Of a DNA stretch of 64,000 bases, positions 25,304 to 38,838 are shown one piece after another. The notes under the pieces are model-generated. The model was not told the DNA's origin, did no database searches, and saw nothing but the letters and a program-made list of their open reading frames with translations. The translations under genes were made by a program, and so were the position numbers. Origin of the DNA: Neocallimastix sp. 'constans' (lineage: Eukaryota); NCBI GenBank assembly GCA_050613775.1, contig JBODTK010000133.1, forward strand, positions 186,001 to 250,000, in the 5' to 3' direction. How positions within the stretch are numbered: the stretch's first letter is position 1; each line of letters begins with the position of its first letter.

Positions 25304-27251
25304 AAATTAAATGTTCAAGTTTTATAATTGATGAATTTTTAATAATATCCGTTAAAGAAATTGAAATATCAAATTCTTTATTTAATTTATAATTTAAAAT
25401 AGAACAATTAATAGAATCTAAACCATATTCATTTAAATCGGAATCAATTCCAAATTTATCATTTCCAATAATTGTACTAGTGATATCATATAATTTCTTC
25501 TGAATATCATTAGAGGATAATAATAATTTGGATGGATTATTATTTTCATTATTATTAATTTTTCTCATTTTCAATTCTTCTAAAAATTTATTTCGAATAA
25601 TTTTACTTGAAGCTGTTTTCACAAATGGAATTTCCCTTATTGTTAATTTTTTAATTTTTTCATAATTTGGTAATTGTTTATTTTTCGATTCAATGATTTC
25701 CCATATTTTTTCTTTAATATTTTCATTTTCAATATTCATTGATTTAGAATAAATGAAATTTGGAAAAACTCCAGCACAAAGAATACCGTCTTCGTCATAT
25801 ACAACTATTTCTTGAATGAAAGATTCGGATTTAAATAAATCTTCTAAAATTTCAGGAGATATATTTTCACCATTTTCTAAAATAATTAAATTCTTTTTAC
25901 GACCAGTAAAATGAATATAATTTTCTTCATCAAAATAACCAAGATCACCAGTTTTAAACCAACCATCATCAGTAAATGCTTCTTTTGTTCTTTCAGGATC
26001 TTTATAATATTCTTTCATTATCGATTTACTTTTAACTTGAATTTCATCATCCTTAATTCTAATTTTAAAATTTGAAATCGGAGTACCGAGAGTTGAATAT
26101 TTTTTTGGATTAAATTTTGTATTAGTAACTGAACAGGTAGTTTCAGATAAACCATATTCTTGACTAATTTTAATATTTAAATTAAAGAATTCTTCAGCAA
26201 TTTTTGGAGAAAGATAACTTCCACTCGTATGAATACGATATAAATTTTTTCCAAATACTTTAAATTTTATATCTTCAGATGATAATTCTGGATGTTCATT
26301 TTTCATCATTTTATAATAATTTAAAGTATTTTTTAGCATTAAAGGAACCATACGGACGGAAGTTGGTTGATATAATTGCAAATCATGAATTAGTTCTGAA
26401 GTACCATTATTTAAACAAATCATATAACCTAATCTGAGACTTAACAAAAAATTATAGAAAGAATAAGCATGATGAAATGGTAATAAATTTAAATAAATTT
26501 CATTATCTTTTTCTAAATAATCAAAAGTAGCATAGGCGGCTTCCACTAAATTTTCATGAGTTAAAACAACACCCTTCTTATTTCCAGTTGTTCCAGAAGT
26601 ATAAATAATGAAAGCATTATCATTACTTTTAATATTAATAATACATTTTTGACCATTATATTTATTCAAAATATTGTTTAAACTATTCTCATCATTATTT
26701 AAATTTTTATCATTTTCATCATTTTCATTGATTAATATGTATTGCTTAACATTTGGACATTTTTCTTTTAACATTTCAACCTTTTCTTTATATTTTGTAT
26801 CATAAAATAGAATATCGATATCAGAATGATTAATACAATAAGAAGAAGTTTCTAAATCCAAATTTGGATCTAATGGAATAACCACATTACCACTAAAAAT
26901 AGTTGAAATATAAATAATGATATCATGAAATGATTTATCACCCAAAATACCAACATGAATTTTTTTAGAATTTTCATTAATATTTTTATTATTTAACCAA
27001 GTAGAAAAAGCTTCACAAATTGAAAGAACTTCTTTGAAGGAAACATTTACTATTTCAGATTTATTTTGATAACGTAAAAATGTTTTATCACCAAAATATT
27101 TTGAAGCTTCTAATACTAAATCTTTAATAGTTTTTACATTTTTTCTTTTTATTAAATATATATATTTATTATTATTGTTATTATGTTTATAATTTTTATC
27201 TTCTTTATTAAATAATTTTTTTATTATTTTTAAAGTTGTTTCGAATTTCAT
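25302..27251 (-). CDS. NRPS-like gene, 5' part: long-chain acyl-CoA-ligase-type adenylation domain plus carrier (T/PCP) domain
   Basis: 649-aa intronless ORF. Motifs: P-loop IIYTSGTTGNKKG, LPFHHAY, YGLSET, GWFKTGDLG, GRKKNLIILENGENISPE, terminal lysine motif FVKTASSKI. The C-terminal carrier domain has the phosphopantetheine-site motif YGLDSI. Confidence 0.9.
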   Translation of the reverse strand: MKFETTLKIIKKLFNKEDKNYKHNNNNNKYIYLIKRKNVKTIKDLVLEASKYFGDKTFLRYQNKSEIVNVSFKEVLSICEAFSTWLNNKNINENSKKIHVGILGDKSFHDIIIYISTIFSGNVVIPLDPNLDLETSSYCINHSDIDILFYDTKYKEKVEMLKEKCPNVKQYILINENDENDKNLNNDENSLNNILNKYNGQKCIINIKSNDNAFIIYTSGTTGNKKGVVLTHENLVEAAYATFDYLEKDNEIYLNLLPFHHAYSFYNFLLSLRLGYMICLNNGTSELIHDLQLYQPTSVRMVPLMLKNTLNYYKMMKNEHPELSSEDIKFKVFGKNLYRIHTSGSYLSPKIAEEFFNLNIKISQEYGLSETTCSVTNTKFNPKKYSTLGTPISNFKIRIKDDEIQVKSKSIMKEYYKDPERTKEAFTDDGWFKTGDLGYFDEENYIHFTGRKKNLIILENGENISPEILEDLFKSESFIQEIVVYDEDGILCAGVFPNFIYSKSMNIENENIKEKIWEIIESKNKQLPNYEKIKKLTIREIPFVKTASSKIIRNKFLEELKMRKINNNENNNPSKLLLSSNDIQKKLYDITSTIIGNDKFGIDSDLNEYGLDSINCSILNYKLNKEFDISISLTDIIKNSSIIKLEHLI

Positions 27252-28424
27252 TGTAAAAATATATTATATAATTATTATAATAATTATTATTTTTATTATT
27301 ATTAATATTATTAATGTATTTTTTTTTTATAAAAAAAAAATAAGTAAAATATTAAGTATTTATATTCAAAAAAAAAAATATTTTAAATTGGTTGATATAT
27401 AATTGAACAAAACTAATGTGGATATTCCAGACTATGAAAAATATATTTGTTTCTCCTTTTTTTTTTTTTTTTTTTTTTTTTTTTCTTAATATTTAATATA
27501 CATTCAATTTAAAAATTTGTAATATTAGAAAATTAAAAATTTAAATAAAATGTATCAAACATTTTTAATATAATATATCTAACAATTATATTATAAAAGT
27601 TAACAGAATTATTTATTGAAGTTAATTTGTATCCACATGGTAATATATAGAATTTATCATTGTAATAAAGTAAATGTAAAAATTATTAAATTAATCAATG
27701 GAATAATGAATTATTTTGTGTAATTTTATTATGTTGATCGTCATAGACATAGACAATTATAAAATATAGAAATTATTTTTTTTTTTTATTAAAAGAAAAC
27801 ATTTTTTTTTTACATTATATTGTTGTAGTAATAACTTGTCATGAATGTAATATAGAAGTTTCACATTATTAAATTTATGTTTAAATTCTATACCATTAAT
27901 GTAAATTTTTTTATACAGAAATATTTATTTTAAAATATCCACTTTCTAAATTTTTAGTAATAATTATATAATATATATTTAAAAAAATTTTTTATAATTT
28001 TTTTTCTTTTATTTTTTAATACAAATAATGTATATATTTTTAATATAATGCAATAAAAATAATGCATATTTTTTAATTTTTATTTTTTAATTTATTATAT
28101 TTATATATATTTTTTGATTAAATTTAATTTTAAAAAAATAAAAAAAAAAAAATAGAAATAAATAAAAGTGGTTTTTTATGGAATGAAAATTTAATAATTT
28201 TTTTTTTTTTAGTTAAAAAAGTATTACAATAATTATAAATAATATTTTTATTAAAATATTATAATTAATTCATAACAAAAAATATTTTTTATTGTTAATT
28301 TTATATCTTATATCATTTATGTAATTGATAAGAAACTTTAAAAAATTTTTTAATCATTTATGATTATAAAACATAATTAATATTCTTATAATTAAATGTT
28401 AAGTAATAATATTTAATTTTATTT

Positions 28425-28456
<32 letters not shown>

Positions 28457-31400
28457 TATGCAATTAAATATAAATATGGAGGGTATATTACGCAGTAAAT
28501 GTAGCACATTAAAATTTCTTACATTACATTTCGTATAATATAAATTATAGAGGTTGTATATCGGAATAAACTGTATTAGTACAAAATATATAAAAGTAAA
28601 AAAAAAAAAAAAATTAAAAAAATAATAAATTATGAATTCTTTATTATTTTATTAATAGTAGTATTAACATTTATTTTATATATATTAATATTATATTTTA
28701 AATATTATTTTACCAATTTATTATAATCATTTAATTGTTTATATTTATTTAAATACTAAAAGAAAATATTTTATAATTTTATGTTATAATTTATTCATTT
28801 TATTTGTTTATTATCAATATATAATTTCATTTTATTATCAATAATTGTAAATAATATAATTATATATTAAATTTTTATATTATATTAATAATGTTTGATA
28901 CATTTTAATTAAATTTTAATTTTCTAATATAACAAAATATTATAAATTTTAATTATAGTAGAAGAATACAAAAGGAAGAAACAGTCTGTATAGAATATCT
29001 ACATTTATTTGTGTTCAATTATATATCAAAATAGAAATTTTTAATAGATATAAATATCTACTACTTAATCTTTTTTTTTTTTTTTAATAATAAATAATAA
29101 TAAATAATAAATAAATAATAAATAAACAACAATAAATAAATAATAAATAAATAATAAATAAATAATAAATAAATAATAAATAAATAATAAATAATAATAA
29201 ATAATAATGAATAATAAATAATAAATAAATAATAAATAATAAATAATAAACAATAAATAAATAATAAATAAGTAATAATAAATAATAAATAATAATAAAT
29301 AAATAATAAATAATAATAATAAAATCCAAATGAAATTTAGTGCTATTTTCAAAGTCGTTAAAAGCATTTTTCATAATACTAAAGGTTCAAAAACCAATAC
29401 CAATATTTAAAAATAATTACAATCAAGACAAAATTATTTAAAAAATTTTTATGTTAAATATTAAATAAAAAGATTTTAAAAATTATTAATTAATAAATAA
29501 GAGTTCTCTAATAATAAATAATAAATATTAAATTTTATAATTTAAATATAAAGTATTAAATAATAAATATTAAATATTAAATAATAAGTATTCAATATTA
29601 AATAGTAAATATTAAGTATTATATATTAAATATTAATTATAAAGTATTAAAAACTTTATTATAAATAGTAAATAGAGTAAATAGTAAATAGTAAACATTA
29701 ATAGTAAATAATAAATAGTAAATAGAAAATAGTAAATAGTGAATAGTAAATAGTAAATAATAAATAATAAATAATCAATATTAAATATGATAAATGTTAT
29801 GGATAACTAATTATTATTAAACATGAATCATTACAGTGTGTAATAATTTTTATTTATTTATTTATTACACTTTCAATGATATATATTTAAATTTATATAT
29901 ATATATATATTTTCGCATTATAATAATACTAACATTATCTGTGTTTGAATTTATTGTATTGTGTTTTTAATTTTTTTCTTTTCTGTTTATTTATTTTGTT
30001 TTAATGTTAATATATATATATTTATAAAAATAAATAAAAATATTAAATAAATATTTATTAGATATAATATTTATTTTTCTTTCTTTCACAAAGCACCAAA
30101 GCTGAACACTCTGTTCAACTGCCTATATGAAAGTGGGTGTCATAATGTAATAATAAATTACTTTATTAAATATCAAATTGCCATATAAATATATAAAAAA
30201 AGAAAAAATATGTAAAAGAAAAAATATTTAAAAATTTTTTCTAAAAAATATATTTATTTATATTTATTATATATTATTTAATATTTATATTTATATTTAT
30301 TATATATTATTTATATTCATAATTATATTTATATTTATTATATATTATTTATATTTATATTTATATTTATATTTATTTATATTTATTATTTATATTTATA
30401 TTTATTTATATTTATTATTTATATTTATATTTGTGTAAATATAGAATTATCTATATATAATTAAATATATTTATAATAGTTTTTATTTATAATATTTATT
30501 AATAAATAAATATATAGAAATATATATTAATTATAAAAGCAAATTACAATTCATATTTTATTTTTATTATTATTATTATAATGAAATTAAAGTACCATAA
30601 TATTTTTAAAAGAATCCATGTAATATTACCAAAATCTTTGTGATAATTATTATAATTAAAAAGAAAAGATAAAAAAAAATAAAAATAAAAGACAATAAAA
30701 ATTATTACATTAATTTAATTTTTCTTTTTATTTTATTTCTTTGTTTTTTTTTCTTTTGTTAGTTTGTATATTTTTTATTAATGGTTGGTTGGTTCTTTTC
30801 TCTAAAAATAAAATTAAACCTGAATAATAGAATAAAATAAAAATAAAATAAAAATAAAAATTAAATTAAAAAAATCTTTTCATAAAATTAAAAAATTTTT
30901 TTCATTATCAAATAAAATCATCCTTAACTTTAAATTTGTTGACAATTTAATTATTAATTTTAATTTAATCAAAAATTTAATATAATGAAAATGAAAAAGA
31001 ATGGTACATTCTAATCTTATTTAAACTTTTTTTATTAAAATAATTTAATTTAATTTAAATTTTCCTTTTATAACAAATAATATATTTATTTTGATAAATG
31101 AAAAAATAAATTAATTTCTATTTTAATTTATACAAAAATAATAAAAATAATAAAACATAAATATATAATAATAATTAATTACTATTAAATAATAATAAAA
31201 TATTATTAAGTTATGATAATATTTATTACCATCAATAATTTTAACTTTTTTTACTTTATGAATAATATTTTATACAAACCATAATACTTATTAAATTATT
31301 TAAAAATATAATTTACAAATTGTAATATAATAAAAAATTAATATTTATATATATTTTATATTATGCTTCAATATATTACATTGTATATATATTAATTTGA

Positions 31401-32427
31401 TAAACTGAAATATTTAATTTTTTTTTAAAATGTCATCTTATCATTTTTATGACATTTTAAAAAAAAAAAATTAAATAATTCAATAATTTAAATAAATATA
31501 AAAATACCAAACTCATTATTTATTATTATTTATTATTTATTATTTATTATTTATTATTCATTATTTAATTATTTATTATTTATTATTTATTATTTATTAT
31601 TTATTATTTATTATTTATTATTTATTATTTATTATTTATTATTTATTATTTATTATTCAATTATTTATTATTCAATTATTTATTATTCAATTATTTAATT
31701 CTAATTATTATTTTTTGATTTACATTATAAAATGATTCGTTATGTCATTATTCAACATAAAAATGAAATAAAAAATAAGAATTCACCGTACAACCATTAT
31801 TATTTTCCATGAAAGATTTTCAGCCAAATACTATAAGATGTCTTTTGGAATACCCAATAATAATATAATTTTGGTTTTTCTTTTAATAAACATAATAGTT
31901 AATCATGAATTTATGGCATTGTAATAAGAGTCAACCATTCAAAATAGCTTACTAATTGAATTCCATAATTTATTAATGGTCATTTTACTCTATTGATATA
32001 AACTATAATTATTATAAATTGTAATTATTATAAACCTAAAATGATAATTATTATAAATTGTAATTATTTTAAACATAAACTATAATTATTATTAGAATAT
32101 CAATTATACTATAAATAAAATTATGTTCATCATTCCAAAACAAAACAAAAAAAAAAAAAAAAAACATGAAAAACATGATCATTTAAAGTTAAAAATGAGA
32201 TGCAATAATAATAAAAAAAAAAAAAAAAAAAAAAACATTGAAGTTTAACTACAAATCCAAAATTATTAAATAAAATACATTATTTTTAAAAATACTTTAA
32301 TACTTTTAAATTTATATATATTTTTTTGATACTATAATTATTACAGTTATATTTATTCATTATATATATATGGTTTTATTTTATCAAAGACTATTTTTTA
32401 TCACATACATTTATATCTATGCTGTTT

Positions 32428-32471
<44 letters not shown>

Positions 32472-33429
32472 AAGAAAAAAAGAAAAATTTTAATTTTTGA
32501 AACAAAAGTGTGATCTAGAAAATGTTAAGAATTAAAAAGAATTAAAAAGAATTAAAAGAAAAATAAGAATGAATGAAATGCCAATAGTTAGTAAAAAATT
32601 AATTAATTTGTACTTTCTTTAAGCATTAATAATAATTAGAGAAATAAGAAATTTGATGACATAAAAAAAAGTTATATATATATAAAATAAAAATAGAAAT
32701 TTATAAAATTATGTTAATTATTTATAAACTCTAATAAATAATAAATAAATAGAATTTATTATATGAATAAACATTAATATATCATATAAAAATAAAGAAC
32801 GTTATATATAAGATATATATATTTACTAATAAATATATAATAATTAAATAAAAAAAAAAAAAAAGAACTTTAATTAATAAATAATAAATAATAAATAATT
32901 AAATAATTAATAATAAATAACTAATAAAACATATATATATGTATATATATGCTATATATATGTATAAGTATATGTATATATTTATGTATATATATATTGG
33001 CTAATATGAATGATGAATGAAACGAGGAGGTTGCATTACGCCAATTTTTCATGTGATATATATAAATATGTGGCTAGAGCTTTATTATTCTACATAATAT
33101 TATTTTATTGTATTATTTTGTTACTTCTATTTTTAAATTAAGTGAATAATTAAATAAATCATGTAATGGTTAGATTTTATGATTATAATTCTTTTATTTA
33201 AATGCTTTTAATATAAAAATTATATAAAAATATAAAAGTTATTAATAATAATTCTTTTATTTAAATGTTATTAAAAATGATAATAGTTATAATGATAAAA
33301 CTATTAATTATACGTCGTATTTGAATATTTATTTTAACTGTATAAACTTAATAAACTTTATAAATTAAATTTTTGAATGACAGAATTTTGATTATTTCGT
33401 TTGGTCATTCCTCATTTCTTAATTATTTA

Positions 33430-34871
33430 TTATAAAGTAATATTTATATTATATTATTTAAATCAGTTAAACAATCAAATCACAAAATAAATAATATTAT
33501 TTCTATTCCATTTAGCATCAATTAGCTTGGCTTCAATATTTTTGTAGCATTCAATTAAGACACTGATTTCATTAGCTTTATTTATTGCTATTTTTTTTTT
33601 ATTTTCCAAATTCCTCTTATTTTTCTTTGATAATCATAATATAGTAAATGTTCAAGTTCATTAAATTTAACTATTAATTCATAAAAAGAGATGGTTTTGC
33701 TGGAAATAAATTATGTAAATAATTATTGAATGATTCTGAGGCATTGTTTGTTATATGCTCCATATTATTATAATAATTCCAAATTTTTATATCATAATTA
33801 ACTAAATATGTTTTATAAAAATATTCTATAAATTTTAAAAATTGAAAATAATTATTTTTAATGGATTTAATTTTAATTATAACATAAATATCAAATATGT
33901 ATTCAGGATTTATATATAATAAATTTGAACTAGCTTTATAATAAATAAATATATTATTATCATTTTTTACTTCATTAGAGCATAATTTATTTTTTTTTAA
34001 TTTCTAGTGATTTTTTATAATGTCAAATGCAAAAATTTAATATTTGTATTAGGAAATATTGTTTTTGCTGCTTTGGATATGTCCCTTTCAAAATTACAAT
34101 GCAAATTTTTCGGTTCAATTATAATATTATTACATATATTAGCTTTTTTTTTAATTTTTCAAATAATGTTTTATATGTTTCTTGTTCTTTATTTTTTAAT
34201 ATTGCAAAAGAAGTATTGTAAAAACTATCTAATTCTTTAGCATATGTTCTTGTAATAAATATTTGATAACTAAATTTAGGGGCAATAAAAAATTTATCAT
34301 CAACAAATATATCATCATTATTCTCCTTAAATAATTGTGATTGAAAAGGAAATTGAAAAATTATTAAATTAGAATTTTTGAATATCATAAAATTTTCACC
34401 TCGCTTTGTTTTATAATATTCAGATTCACTAGGAATTTCAGCAAATGTTGTTACATTGGATGGTAGTTTTTTATTTAAATTTCTTGATATTTGGGATTTA
34501 ATTGAATTATATTCTGGACATATAAGTCCCATTTCTTTAGAAATTTTATTATATAAGGTTTTATTTTTATACCAAAAGAAATTGAACTTTTTTCAATTCC
34601 ATCTTTAATTTTATGTTTCATTATAGATAGAGATACATCGTATTCTTTTTCAGGATGATTATGTGAACTATCATACTTTAAGATTTCTTTCTTATCATTT
34701 AAAATAATAAAAGATTTACATTTATTTATTTTTTTTATATTCGGTACATTTATAAACTTTGGAATTATCTTTTCTTATATATGAAAATTTAAATTTATAT
34801 TTTTTATTAATAATAATTTGCTCTTTTCCTTTATTAGACTCACTTACATCAATAATTAGATTTTCTTCCAT
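33430..34871 (-). pseudogene. MULE transposase pseudogene (FLYWCH-like plus DDE domain)
   Basis: ATG at 34871: MEENLIIDVSESNKGKEQIIINKKYKF...YKCTEY..KCKS...HNH (Zn-finger-like). Later: DIFVDDKFFIAP (decayed DGTF), LHCNFE (decayed CDFE), TNNASESFNN (catalytic E region). Several frameshifts in A-runs. The 3' end is approximate. Confidence 0.85.
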
Positions 34872-35044
34872 TTCTATATTTTTATAAATATTTTTTAATT
34901 ATATAATTAAAATTATTATATTAATTATCCAATATTATTCTTAATATTAATTTTGAAAAATTAGTTTTTCAATTATTTGTAAAATAAATAAATAAATAAA
35001 TAAATAAATGAATAAAGAATGTAATAATATAAGTACAAGTATAT

Positions 35045-35375
35045 AAAATAAAATAAAATAAATAGTAGAATATTAAATATAAAGTACAGATTGAATAAAA
35101 TAAAATAAAATAAATAGTAGAATATTAAATATAAAGTACAGATTGAATAAAATAAAATAAAATAAATAGTAGAATATTAAATATAAAGTACAGATTGAAT
35201 AAAATAAAATAAAATAAATAGTAGAATATTAAATATAAAGTACAGATTGAATAAAATAAAATAAAATAAATAGTAGAATATTAAATATAAAGTACAGATT
35301 GAATAAAATAAAATAAATAGTAGAATATTAAATATAAAGTACAGATTGAATAAAATAAAATAAAATAAAATAAAT
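35045..35375. repeat. Minisatellite, six copies of a 52-bp unit inside the MULE
   Basis: The core TAGTAGAATATTAAATATAAAGTACAGATTG starts at 35063, 35115, 35167, 35219, 35271 and 35318, linked by (AAAAT)n. Confidence 0.9.
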
Positions 35376-38300
35376 ATCTATTATTATTTTTTATTAAAGA
35401 ATATTAAAAATCAATGTTTTAGAAATGAAAATTTTTTACATTTTTTTTATATTCAATTAATGATGTGATTTAATATACAAAACAATATTATATTAATAAT
35501 CTCATTAAATATAAATGATTTTTTTGCTTTATAACATATATTATTAAATAAAACATTTTATTTTTAAAAATAAAATTGTCTTTAACATTCTTTAATAAAA
35601 AATAATAATAAATATTTACTTTGTTTTATATACTTGTACTTTTTTATTATTACATTCAATATTTATTTTATTTAATTTTATCTTATTTTATTTTATTTTA
35701 TTTTATTTTATTTTATTTTATTTTATTTTATTTTATTTTATTATATTTTATTTTATTTTATTTTATTTTATTTTATTTTATTTTATTATATTTTATTTTA
35801 TTTTATTTTATTTTATTTTATTTTATTTTATTTTACTTTATTATACTTTATTTTACTTTAGTTTATTCAATCTGTATTTTATATTCATATTCTACTATTT
35901 ATTTTATTTTATTTTTTATATTTTTTATTTATTTATTTATTTATACATTTATTTTTTTTTACATATAATTGTATTAAAATTTTTTATGGCGTTAACATAA
36001 AATTTTACAAGCCAATAAAAATAAATGGCGTATTGAAAATTTATATCATAAAAATTGAAATGCACCACATTCGAATGAAACATAACAAAGAATATTAAAT
36101 TTAAATAAAGTTATAAATTTTAAGAAAGAAGATAAAATTTTATGAGACAATGAATATAATATCATGGCTTTCTCACTCTTGATGAATTTTTTTTTTTTTT
36201 TTTAGAAAACATTAAATTGAAATTTATACTAATAAATAAGGTTTTTTTTTTTTTTTTTTTTTTTAATATATTTTTAGCAATAACTTTTGATTTAAATTGA
36301 TCTTCAATCTTTTATATATATATATTCTTTTTTTTTTTTTTTACTACTTTTATCATTTATTTATTTACTTATTTACTATTACTTAAATATTTATTTATTT
36401 ATTAATATATAATTATATTTAAATCATTTAGAAGATTTAAAGAATTATAAATTAAAAATATGAATTAAAATTTTATTACAGTGTTTATTAATTAAGTAGA
36501 TAAAAAAAAAATATTAACAATTTAATAATAAATCAGCCGTTTTTTTTTTTTATAATGACCAGTTTTTCTTTGTTCATTTCAATGATTATTTATTATTTAT
36601 TATTTATTAATTATCATTTATTATTGGTATACAACTCAAAAGTTCGATGTACTTTTGTTGGGATTTATTTATTAAATTTATTAATTTATTATTTATTTAT
36701 TTATTTAATTTTATATAGAAACTACATATATTTAAAAAGACTATTTAACAACTTTCTTATAACTTTTAATCTTAACTTTTACACAACAACGACTACAGCG
36801 ACTTCTCTTAATTCAGAGAAATGCTTTATTTTTATGTTATTTAGTTATAATTAACTATTTAATTAATTGTTCTTGTTATTAGAATAAACTATTAATAATT
36901 ATTATTTAAGGAAATATTTAATAACTATATAAATATAAATATAAAATAATAAGAATATAATTAAAACATTGATTTCTATAAAATTTATTATTAATTATAA
37001 ATATAATTAATATATAAAAATCAAGCCACATATTGAAATTGTTGTAAAATCATTAGATTTAAATTTGATTTATGACATTAATTTATGTTTGAATAATAAA
37101 ACTAATTTTATATTAATTAAGGTTTGAATATTTCATTTTATATCATTATTTATTAATTATTTATTATCATTTATTATTATTATTTATTATTTATTATTAT
37201 TATTTATTATTTTAATTATATAAGCTATTTTAAATTATTAATTTTTTTTTTTCAATTATTATAATTATTCTAATTGGTAATACTATTAAATTTTTATATT
37301 GTTTTGTGAAACATTAGATTTTTTCAAAAGACTGTGGAAAAACTTGGATGACTATAAATTAATTATCATATTAATTTTTAATTTATGGCAATAACCAAAT
37401 TAATATTAAAAATAAATGAAATATATAATTATTTAATTTTTTTCTTTAACTAAAAGAGTTAAATTAAAATAATACCAATAAAAATATAAAAATATTTAAA
37501 AATAAGAAAAAAAAAAAAAAAATTAATTATTTTAAATTATTTTCATTATTAAATTTATCCATTTATACCATCATCGCAATATTAAAATAATTTAATTAAA
37601 AATATACTTCAAAAAAAAAAAAAAAAAAAAAGATTTCTATATATATATAATGTATATCAAATTATTATTAATATTTATGGGGATAGTGCATTTCGTAATA
37701 GTGCATTTTGCAATGTGGCTTATAAATATTTTAAAATAAAGCCATACAATCATAAATAAATATAAAATAATTATTAAGAAATGAAATAAAAATTATTGTG
37801 TGCAATAAATTTTCTTTTTATTTAATGTTTTAATATTATATAATTTTTTTTTTTTTTGAATTCCTCAAGCCATAACATAAATTTTGGTGGAGATATCGGA
37901 GAATTCAAAATTAAAAATTGATATTAAAACATACACAATTTTATTTATTTAAAAATATATATATATATATACTAGAATAAAATTGAAAATATAAAATTAA
38001 AATTAAAATTTTATAAATATTTAGTTAAAATTAAAAAAAAAATAAAAAATATATAAATAAATACTACAAATTTAAAGTAGCACTTACGTTCTTACTATAT
38101 TAATTGGATAAATAATTTCACTCAGCAAAGTTGTTATATTTCTGTTTGTGCAAGAGAAACAGTGTGATATAAAACTTTGAAACATTTATTCCTATGAAGT
38201 ACTAATTAGTAAGAAAATTAGTAAGAATAATAATTTAATTATTATATATTTATTCATTAATATAAGAATACTTTTATACAATTTACAACTTATTGTAATC

Positions 38301-38838
38301 GGCGGCCGTTGGATGAAAAACTCCTTAGCTTAAGGCTTTGTTACAATTAAGTGTATATAGTAATTCGTATTTATATTATCGACTAAATTATAATTGAAAT
38401 TATAAATTCAAATTTGTAAATATATACATATATATAATATCTATATATTGATACCAAGACTGTTGATATATATAGATATAAAAATTAGACGTTTATATTA
38501 GAGAGTAGGAGAAGGATTGCTTTACACATAGGGAGGTAGTAGAGCATTATTGAATAAGGTCTAGTGATACAAGTGATAACAGAATAGAAAAAGTGGTAAG
38601 GTCCCGTGTTTGTACAGGCACACACTACTCTGTTATATTCGCTATTCTGGCGGTTCAACAGTGGAGGTCGAACGGCCCTGTAAAGAATTTGCGGATCCGA
38701 AAAATATAAAAGTTAATAATAAGAAACATTTATAAATTTTCCTAATTAATTTTTTTTAATTTAGCAATTAATTTATTCCGTGCTACATAAGAAATTCTAG
38801 TTTACTGCATTCCAAATAATTGTCTATTGCCCTTATTC

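Larger units (their letters stand above)
33024..36072 (-). mobile_element. Mutator-like (MULE) DNA transposon, full extent, non-functional
   Basis: A perfect 9-bp TSD GAATGAAAC lies at 33015-33023 and 36073-36081. Termini are degenerate inverted repeats: GAGGAGGTTGCATTACGCCAATTTTT versus (reverse complement) GAATGTGGTGCATTTCAATTTTT. It contains a MULE transposase pseudogene. Confidence 0.85.

Noticed and set aside
30090..30180. Possible ankyrin-repeat remnant (NTLFNCLYESG...NYFIKY)
   Set aside because: Too short and degenerate, with no supporting exon structure.
38500..38560. U6atac-like snRNA (GGAGAAGG motif)
   Set aside because: Only a partial purine-rich resemblance; the rest of the U6atac consensus is missing.
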